From the NCBI GenBank assembly GCA_021371855.1, contig JAJFVL010000049.1, positions 70,226-134,225 of the forward strand: a stretch of DNA of 64,000 nt, in the 5' to 3' direction. Each line of letters begins with the position of its first letter. Within the stretch, counting starts at the first letter, position 1. The stretch is from Bacteroidales bacterium. Its GTDB lineage: Bacteria; Bacteroidota; Bacteroidia; Bacteroidales; VadinHA17. Of this stretch, positions 20,071 to 28,000 are shown piece after piece. The notes below the pieces were generated by a model, which ran no database searches, had not been told where the DNA came from, and saw nothing but the letters and a program-made list of their open reading frames with translations. The position numbers were made by a program, and so were the translations under genes.

Positions 20071-21024
20071 ATGTGCTCTGTAAAAAATGAAAATGCATAT
20101 GACAATGAGGATATTACGCTTCTTAAGGAATGCGTTCTGTGTCCACGCGAATGCCGTGTAAACAGGTTTGAAGGTGGGACGGGCTACTGCGGAGCGGATG
20201 CTGGTATGAACATTGCATCGATATGCGTTCATAAGGGGGAAGAACCATCCATTAGCGGGAAAGACGGAATATGTAATATCTTTTTCAGGGGTTGTAATCT
20301 GCGTTGTGTATATTGTCAGAATTATGAGATAAGCCGTCCGGGAACAGAGTGCGGGCAACAGGGAATGACTATTACCGAAGTTCTGGACACGGTTGAACAG
20401 ATATTGTCAACCGGAATAAAAGCAGTTGGTTTTGTATCTCCTTCACATGTGGTCCCGCAGGTAAAAGCCATAATATACGGGCTTAATAAGCGTGGTCTGA
20501 AACCGATAACAGTTTATAACACAAATAGCTATGATAAGCCTGCAACACTAAGAAGTATTGCTGATATGATCAATGTTTATCTTCCTGATTTTAAATATGC
20601 TTCACCGGAAAATTCAAAGGAGTTTTCAGATGTTCCCGATTATCCGGAGGTGGCATTCAGGGCTATCAGGGAAATGTATTACCAGAAGGGTTCGACTCTT
20701 ACTGTTGGCGATTCAGGACTGGCAGAAAACGGGATTATCCTGAGGCACCTTGTTTTACCGGGGAACGTGGAAGAAAGTAAGAAAGTATTAAAGATGATTG
20801 CTGAAGAATTGTCGGCAGGGATACATCTTTCACTAATGTCACAATATCACCCCACACTTCTTGTAAAAGATCACTCCCTGCTTAAGCGTTCGCTTTACAG
20901 AGCAGAATATGAAGCCGTTGTTGAGACGATGAATGATCTGGGCTTCAGGAATGGCTGGGTGCAGGATATGGATAGCAATCTGAACTATAACCCTGATTTC
21001 AGCAGGGAGAATCCGTTTGAATAA
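20071..21024 (+). CDS. Radical SAM protein, PflX-like (homologue of pyruvate formate-lyase activase)
   Basis: CX3CX2C motif CNLRCVYCQN, preceded by an N-terminal Cys cluster CVLCPRECRVNR...GYCG. I prefer the ATG at 20071 to the GTG at 20020. Confidence 0.8.
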   Translation: MCSVKNENAYDNEDITLLKECVLCPRECRVNRFEGGTGYCGADAGMNIASICVHKGEEPSISGKDGICNIFFRGCNLRCVYCQNYEISRPGTECGQQGMTITEVLDTVEQILSTGIKAVGFVSPSHVVPQVKAIIYGLNKRGLKPITVYNTNSYDKPATLRSIADMINVYLPDFKYASPENSKEFSDVPDYPEVAFRAIREMYYQKGSTLTVGDSGLAENGIILRHLVLPGNVEESKKVLKMIAEELSAGIHLSLMSQYHPTLLVKDHSLLKRSLYRAEYEAVVETMNDLGFRNGWVQDMDSNLNYNPDFSRENPFE

Positions 21025-21144
21025 TTAATTTTCAGGCAGGTTTCATTTTGAGTGGACATTGCCATCTGTCCTACGGCGGTCACCTCAAAAATCATTTGAC
21101 ATCCATGTATCTTCCTTACTTGACTATCAGACTCTTAATCCCTG

Positions 21145-21189
21145 AAAATAATTGCAGCCGTATAATGACGGCTGCAATAATTATTTTTT
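21145..21189. terminator. Bidirectional intrinsic terminator between convergent genes
   Basis: 11-bp stem ATTGCAGCCGT / ACGGCTGCAAT with a 6-nt loop (21151-21178). A T-run at 21184-21189 lies downstream and AAAATA lies upstream. Confidence 0.65.
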
Positions 21190-21217
21190 AGTAATAATCA
21201 AAGGTTAGCACTTCTGA

Positions 21218-22699
21218 TTACCTGGCCCTTCGGGTAGTCTGAGAAGAACCGGAACTTTCGTTTCTTTTGTTTTCATTTATGGTTGTTCCTGAATTGCTGC
21301 TTCCACTGCTTCTTCGGCTGGATGAACTCGCGTTTGTTGTCGATGGTCTGCCCGACGGACGGGTTGTGCCAGTACTTTGCCGTGCTGAAGGATTTGAGGC
21401 CGGTCTGGTTGTCACAGTGGAAGACGATCTTCTGGTTGTGCTGGTGCTTTGCCCTGCTGACGGACTAGTGGCTGATCTGGTTGTCACAGTAGAAGAAGAT
21501 CTTCTGGTTGTGCTGGTGCTTTGCCCTGCCGAAGGACTAGTGGCTGGTCTTGTGGTAACAGTGGAAGTCGATCTTCTGGTTGTGCTGGTGCTTTGTCCTG
21601 CTGACGGACTAGTTGCTGGTCTGGTTGTCACAGTAGAAGAAGATCTTCTGGTTGTTGTACCAGCATTTTGTCCTGCAGAAGGATTTGTTGAGGATCTGCC
21701 AGTCATAGTGGAACTTGACCGCCGTGTAGAAGTAGCATAGGGATATGTACCTATAGAACGGTTACCCATACTTGCCTGGGATCCGGATCTCCGTCCGGAG
21801 TTATTCCCTGCAGAGTATCTTCTTCCGTCTTGGTTCTGCTGTGTCCTTGCGTACATAGCCTCTCCTGCCTTTCTCATCTCCGGGCGTGAATATGTATCTT
21901 TGTATCTGCCGTTCCTGATTCCCGCACTTACAAAAGGAGAATGTGAATGCCGTCCAACATAATAGTAGTCATTCCAGTGAGAATAGCGGTGTTGGTTCCA
22001 GTGACGGTAATGACTATAATAGTGAGGATACCAGTTATGATGATATCCGTAATAATAATGCCAGTAATACGGTTGCCATGGATTCCAGTAAGGAGGGTAA
22101 TAGCCCCAGCGCCATGAAGAGTGCCAGTATCTATAATCCGGGAGAAAGATAAATCGTACTACCGGCCAAGCGGCAATTTCAATCATTGAGGTTCTTGTAA
22201 CTACGACTCTCTGTCCATTAACTTCTACGTTATTACCGAGATAACCCGGATTAGCTGTTTCGTTACGCGAATCATCAAATATTGGCTCGATTATGTAATT
22301 CCTGCCATATAATTCCTCATCACCGGTCAGCTGGATCTGAACCTGACCATTGGAAAAACGCTGCACGGTGAAAACGGCTACATCCTGAATCTCCCTTGCA
22401 TTCACTGCCACCTGAAGAACAATATTGTGGACATCGCCATAAATATTGTCGGATACCATTATGTAATCGACCATGTTATCGCCATTCAGGTCAAGATTGT
22501 TGATCCTGGAATCCCTCTCATTCAGGCGTCTTTCGAAACCTTCAAGTGTTTCTGATTCCTGGAACAACTTCATGACGGCATAGAGATTAAGATTATCTCC
22601 GGGCAGCCCCAGATATTCCACTTGCTCATTCTGTGCAAGAAGTGTAGTGCCAGTCGTAACCAGCGCTATCAGGATTGAGGTGATCATAAACTTTTTCAT
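21218..22699 (-). CDS. Secreted hypothetical protein with a Trp/Tyr/His-rich block and a Ser/Thr/Arg-rich tandem-repeat tail
   Basis: The likely start is ATG 22699 (MKKFMITSILIALVTTGTTLLAQ, signal-peptide-like). A DLNGDNMVDY calcium-loop-like motif is present. The C-terminus holds five 24-aa repeats of TTRRSSSTVTTRPATSPSAGQSTS. Confidence 0.75.
   Translation of the reverse strand: MKKFMITSILIALVTTGTTLLAQNEQVEYLGLPGDNLNLYAVMKLFQESETLEGFERRLNERDSRINNLDLNGDNMVDYIMVSDNIYGDVHNIVLQVAVNAREIQDVAVFTVQRFSNGQVQIQLTGDEELYGRNYIIEPIFDDSRNETANPGYLGNNVEVNGQRVVVTRTSMIEIAAWPVVRFIFLPDYRYWHSSWRWGYYPPYWNPWQPYYWHYYYGYHHNWYPHYYSHYRHWNQHRYSHWNDYYYVGRHSHSPFVSAGIRNGRYKDTYSRPEMRKAGEAMYARTQQNQDGRRYSAGNNSGRRSGSQASMGNRSIGTYPYATSTRRSSSTMTGRSSTNPSAGQNAGTTTRRSSSTVTTRPATSPSAGQSTSTTRRSTSTVTTRPATSPSAGQSTSTTRRSSSTVTTRSATSPSAGQSTSTTRRSSSTVTTRPASNPSARQSTGTTRPSGRPSTTNASSSSRRSSGSSNSGTTINENKRNESSGSSQTTRRAR
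21365..21730 (-). repeat. In-frame 72-bp tandem repeat (about 5 copies) inside the CDS
   Basis: GATCTTCTGGTTGTGCTGGTGCTTTGCC recurs at 21426, 21498 and onward with a 72-nt period. The region is GC-richer than its surroundings. Confidence 0.85.
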
Positions 22700-22908
22700 A
22701 GCAAATAATATTAAATGATCGAGAAAGAACATAATATCAATAGCAAAACTTGTACCAATATTTTTCGATCCCAATTGAAGACAACAAAGATAATAATTCA
22801 CAAATGAAGATAATTAAATCATTAAAAACATGATAAAATTTATTGAATGTTGATCTTATAGTATGTATCTGTTAATAGTACCTGACCGTGAAAACATTGA
22901 CAAAGTTT

Positions 22909-24009
22909 TCAATAATTACATTTATTCTCTCTGAAACCCCTGAGCCGTTCAGCAGTCTCTCTGACAAGCCGCTGGACCTGTAACCCGTGTTCAATATCTG
23001 GTATCACCACTTCGTCGGAGTGGCCGGTAAAAAACACATAATGAGCATGGACCATCGGCCTTAGCCATCCGGGAGGAACATGCCCCGAAGGGAAACTGGT
23101 AACAGGTTTGTAATTGCTTCCGACCATCTTTTTTACCCATAAATCTGTCTCTTCATTGTAATATTCGAAATAATCTGATGAACAGGAGGAGTAACGCAGA
23201 GAACCCTTCTCAGCATAGAATTCAAGTGAGAGATTATCGCCGGAACCTGAGCTGATCCGGCTTGCCGAAAGTGTGCCAACAGCATTGGTTATCTCATCAT
23301 AAAGAGATATCTGGCTGAAGAGATCCGACTTATCTGTCACGTCGTCAAAATGACCTGACTGCAAAGCTCCGGTGATATGTAACCTGTTTCCCAGGAATGC
23401 TATAAGAAGACTCACTGCATGTGACCCAAGATCTGCCATAGCTCCTCCATCGGGAGCCGGAGTGAGACGGGATGCTCTTTTGTCACGGTATTCCTTCTTC
23501 AGATAGTCGCTATGGTAATATTTAATGTCAAAATGGAGAGGCATACCCAGTTTCCCCGATTTCCAGAAGATAAGCGCTTCCCTGATTGCAGCTGTAAAAA
23601 GATACTGAAACCCAACCTGAATTTTTATCCCTGGATGAGTTTCTGCTAGTTTCCTTATTGCATTCTCTTCATCAAGATTTGAGCAGACCGGTTTTTCAAT
23701 ATATATCCGCTTTATGGAACTCATTTCAAGAACTGCTTTAATATGTTCGAAGTGAACTTTGTTTGGGCCAAGGATAAAAACAGTATTTATTCTTTTATCA
23801 GCAAGGAACTTCTTGAGATCGCACGATTTTAAGAAGCCGAATCGTTTTGCAAACGGTTCACGACTATCTTGTTTAGTGGTACATACTGCTGCAGATTCGA
23901 TTTCAGGAGCATCGTTATAATAATATTTCAACGAATTGAGGGAGTAGGCATGTGAACGAGCAATACCTCCTGCTCCAATAAATCCGACAATGGCTTTTTC
24001 CTTGTCCAT
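22909..24009 (-). CDS. Gfo/Idh/MocA-family NAD(P)-dependent oxidoreductase
   Basis: 366 aa with the N-terminal Rossmann motif VGFIGAGGIARSHA, the EKP motif (IYIEKPV) and a C-terminal alpha/beta domain. Confidence 0.85.
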   Translation of the reverse strand: MDKEKAIVGFIGAGGIARSHAYSLNSLKYYYNDAPEIESAAVCTTKQDSREPFAKRFGFLKSCDLKKFLADKRINTVFILGPNKVHFEHIKAVLEMSSIKRIYIEKPVCSNLDEENAIRKLAETHPGIKIQVGFQYLFTAAIREALIFWKSGKLGMPLHFDIKYYHSDYLKKEYRDKRASRLTPAPDGGAMADLGSHAVSLLIAFLGNRLHITGALQSGHFDDVTDKSDLFSQISLYDEITNAVGTLSASRISSGSGDNLSLEFYAEKGSLRYSSCSSDYFEYYNEETDLWVKKMVGSNYKPVTSFPSGHVPPGWLRPMVHAHYVFFTGHSDEVVIPDIEHGLQVQRLVRETAERLRGFRENKCNY

Positions 24010-24261
24010 GTGGTTATGGGTTTTATTTTTTCTTCAAAAATAAACTAATATGCCGTAAAGACAAAAAACGGCTCAATGGCGCGACGGTACAACGGAGGAA
24101 GAGCCTTTAGGGAAAAGGGGAGAAGAGAAGAAGAGGAGAGTGGGAGAATGGGGGAAATCAGGTAATGAAATCACCCTCAAAAAGGTAAAGCTATAGATAT
24201 ACAATAAGACTGCAAAACATCGAGACAACAAGCAGGCCAGCAACCAGAAACAGGAATCAGG

Positions 24262-24981
24262 TCACATGAACTTCTCCCTTTTTTGCAGGTTCGAGAGAGC
24301 TGCAAGTAAAAAAAGGATTGAACATGTAACGAGTATGATCCTGTTCTTAAAAGTGATTAACGCCCAGACTGTTTCATTGACGTTATTTGGAAGATCGTAA
24401 GGATTTAAAAATACATTCCACTGGCTTCTTTGCAGCGACGAATCCTGAAGTATCATGAAAAATATCCCGAAGATTATCATTAACACTGCAGTTCCGTTTC
24501 CGTTTCGTATGACGGTTGAAAGCATAAAAGCCATCATTCCCAAAAACAGAACCGGGATCATCACCTGCATGGTCATATTTGTAAAGCGGAACTTTACTAT
24601 CAATACTGAGGTAAGGAATGTAAAGACAAGCATTATAAGGAAAGCAATAACAAAGATCAGTACAATTCTTACCAGCCACACTTTGTATCTGTAATTTGGG
24701 ATGCCGAATAAAATCTCTATAGTTCGGGCATCCTGATCATTCTGTATCCCAAATACTGATGGATAAAATACCAGAAGTATTCCGGAGAAGATGAAGATCC
24801 CATACATATCCTCCATTCTTGAGACATCATTTGAAAAAACATAAATCACTGATAATCCGATATAAAACAATATCGACCCGGCAAGGAACCAGATAAATTT
24901 GTTTGCAAAGATGATCCTGAGATTATAAATGATCATTCTCCTGATCAATGTGAAGTAATTATATAATGTGTGAGGTTTCAT
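24262..24981 (-). CDS. ABC-2-type transporter permease (6 hydrophobic helices)
   Basis: A 239-aa polytopic protein. After TM1 it has the ABC-2-like motif DQDARTIEILFGIP, paralogous to the N-terminal domain of the 1170-aa protein (LDTNEVLYTRS). It is the last gene of the efflux locus. Confidence 0.7.
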   Translation of the reverse strand: MKPHTLYNYFTLIRRMIIYNLRIIFANKFIWFLAGSILFYIGLSVIYVFSNDVSRMEDMYGIFIFSGILLVFYPSVFGIQNDQDARTIEILFGIPNYRYKVWLVRIVLIFVIAFLIMLVFTFLTSVLIVKFRFTNMTMQVMIPVLFLGMMAFMLSTVIRNGNGTAVLMIIFGIFFMILQDSSLQRSQWNVFLNPYDLPNNVNETVWALITFKNRIILVTCSILFLLAALSNLQKREKFM

Positions 24982-25011
24982 CCGTAAATAATTTTTAGTT
25001 TAAGGTTGGAT

Positions 25012-25075
25012 GGAACCTCCATGTTTTAAAGATTATCTTCATTCTTGATTGTATTTCGTTAAACATGGAGGTTTC
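25012..25075 (-). other. Intercistronic stem-loop between the RND::ABC fusion gene and the ABC-2 permease gene
   Basis: 13 contiguous Watson-Crick pairs (25014-25026 with 25061-25073), extendable to 15 with a G-U pair, and a 34-nt loop. The right arm overlaps the stop codon at 25074-25076. No U-tract follows on the minus strand. Confidence 0.5.
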
Positions 25076-28000
25076 ATAATGAATTATTTTGCTTCCGTCC
25101 GTTTTCAACGGAGTTGTTTACATTTCTACGTAACAGCCACAGATAGGCATCTTCGAGGTTGGGACTTACATTTACCGCATTATCCCATGGTTTTGTGTCT
25201 GATATAACTCTCACTCTTATATTGTCACCTTCCGACATGTGATGCACTACCAGATGGTCTTCTATAAATTTTCCAAAGTCTTTCGCCGGAATATTGAACT
25301 GCCACACATGTTCTTCAGCTTCTTTTGTCATTTCGATCGGTTTTCCCAGGTATCTTAACAATCCTTTGTCGAGGACTGCAACCTGATTACAGGAGCTTGA
25401 TATATCCTCGATGATATGAGTGGAGAATATCACAATACGTTCACGGCTGAGTTCCACCAGCAGGTTACGGAACCTGATACGTTCCCTTGGATCCAACCCT
25501 GCCGTTGGTTCATCAACAACCAGTATACGGGGTAGGTGGAGGAGTATCTGTGCAATGCCCATTCTCTGTTTCATTCCCCCGGAATACGACCCGATCTTGT
25601 CGTGCCGGCGATCTTCCATATGAACAGCATTCAGTACAAAGGTAACCCGTTCTTCCCTTACCTTAGCATCAATGATATTCTTCAGCATTGCCTGGTAATG
25701 GAGATATTCATGAGCAGTCATATTTTCGTAACTTCCGAATTCCTGCGGCAAATAACCTATCAGTCCCTGAAGCTCTTCCCTCTTTTTCTGGGTATCGAGC
25801 CCGTTTATCCATACCTTTCCGTAGCTCTGTTCAAGGATACCACATATTATTCTCATAAGGGTAGTTTTGCCGGCACCATTTGGCCCAAGCAATCCAAACA
25901 TCCCGTTTCCTATATTCAGCGAGACGCAGTTCAGGGCTTTAAAAGGCTTTTTCTTTTTACCGATCAGGGGAACAGCGGCAACAATTTTATATATTGCCTT
26001 TCGTATCTTCTTAAACCTGCCATTAAGCCGGTAGATATCGATATTCTCATTGCTCAGTTTCAACCCTGTCTTATAAATAAAGAGACCGGCGAACCAGAGA
26101 GAACCCAGGATGAGCACGGTAGCAATGTTCTCCCATTTTATCTGAAAATAAACAAGATTGAATAAAGGAACCAGCCAGAATATCGTAAAATCAGCAGCTG
26201 AGATAAATATTCTCAGAGATTTTTTTTCGTTATGAAGTGAAATATCGGCTGACAGATTTTTAAAGGAGATCCATATCCTTGAAAGAGAGAACCACGTTAT
26301 CATGCTGAAGATAAAGATCCAGAATCCCTTACTTAAGTAAAAGTAGGTAAAATAGATTATGAATCCGAGGATTGGTAACTGCCATGTAAGCTGGCTCATA
26401 TCCTTCCACGATTTATATTGCTTTTCAAGTCCGAGCCTTTGTCTTATTTTTGCACCGGCTTTCCATTCCCTCACCCATCGGCTTTCCCTGTCATAAATTT
26501 TAACCAGGCTCTGAATATAAATACTGATATTTTCATCAGCAGGGATGATTGTCTCTCTTGCTTTTCTGAGGCTGTTCATCACGAACCAGGTTCCTGCAGG
26601 TACAATTATTAAAGTCAGTATTATTGTTATGAGCTGCCAGATAAAACTGTCTATATAGCTGTAAATAAGCAACATTAATGCCGAAAAGAAAATCAGTTGT
26701 ATGATTTTGTTCTTCCATGTTAATGAATATATCCAGTTAAGGGCATTTTCGAGTCCTGAGTAGAATGTTGGTATGAATACCAGGGTAAGAAGTGTGCTTA
26801 GCGTCAGTCCTCCGATAACAGTAATTGCAAATGTGGCTCCGATCACAGAAACATATTCGGCAGTGCCCATCGCCAGTGGCAGCATGGCAATAACTGTTGT
26901 TGATGCCGTTATCAGTATTGGTCTTAGCCGTGCTACTCCTGCAGTCATCAATGCCCTTGAACGGCGATATCCTCGCTTTCGTAAAATTTTAGTATAATCA
27001 ATTAACAGGATACCATTGTTTACCACTATACCAAGAAGGATCAGAAAGCCTGTAAGAGTGTTGGCATTAAGGAGTGAATTGCCTGTAAGTATAAGTGCGA
27101 TAAGCGAACCAAGTGCTGCAAGAGGAATGCTGAATATCAGAACGAACGGGATTGAAAGCGATTCGAATACTGCCGCAAGTATCATAAAGATAAGAATGAA
27201 GGCATAGCCCAGCGGTTTGTAAAAATCCTTAAGTTCGTCCTCTTCGTGCACCACCTCAACAGCAATGCCTGAAGGAATGTTCAGATCTGAAACAATTGAT
27301 TCGATGTCAGCCCGGGCCCCTTCCAGGAGATCTTTGGAATCTTTAATATCATCAGTGAAATTATAAGTTACAGTAATCCTTTTTTCCTGGTTTTCCCTGT
27401 GAATATTCCCCATCCCGTATGAAAAGATGATATCCGAAAGTTCCTGCATCTCCATTATCGAACTGCTGCTTTCGCTCACTTCAAGATGCTTCAGGTCGTC
27501 AATGGTTTTATCGGCATTCTTCTTTACTTCCCCTGTTTCATCAGCATATTTAAGCATGATATCGTATTCATCACTTCCCTGCTTAAATGTAGCACCTGAG
27601 GAATATTCCCTTCCGAAGGTGGCCAGTGATGAGGCTAAATTACTGAGAGAGAAATTGTTCCTACTGAGGAAATCCATGTCAAAACGAAGGTGAACTTCGG
27701 GTGTGCTTTCCTGTACATTTACGCTGACGCGGCTGACTGTTGTCAATTCGTCGATATACGATTTTATATCTTCGGCCAGGCTTCTCATCTGCTCAAAATC
27801 CTGTCCCTTGATGATTACACTTTCATTCTGTGCGCCTATACCAAGCAGGTTCATAAAGTTACCTCCAGGGTTGGCTCCTGCGCTGACTCCGCCTCCGGAT
27901 GAAAAGCCTCCGCTTGTTGAAACCTCATCCATGGAGATCTCTGCAGAGGAGATATTTTTAATTTTTTCTTCTATGTCATTTTTTATTTCAGGAAGCGCGC

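Noticed and set aside
21365-21730. Regular 72-bp repeats considered as a possible CRISPR array
   Set aside because: The units are contiguous with no unique spacers. They are in frame within a CDS, and no cas genes are present.
21267-21740. 157-aa plus-strand ORF with the repetitive motif LLVVLVLCPADGLVAGLVVTVE
   Set aside because: It is the antisense shadow of the 72-bp tandem repeat in the minus-strand CDS. Its own repeats mirror that period, and the sense-strand gene has a signal peptide and a coherent N-terminal domain.
24076-24165. 29-codon ORF MARRYNGGRAFREKGRREEEESGRMGEIR in the polypurine tract
   Set aside because: Its composition is dictated by the purine run. It has no promoter-like box, is tiny and is of no recognisable type. 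I treat it as a by-product of low-complexity DNA.
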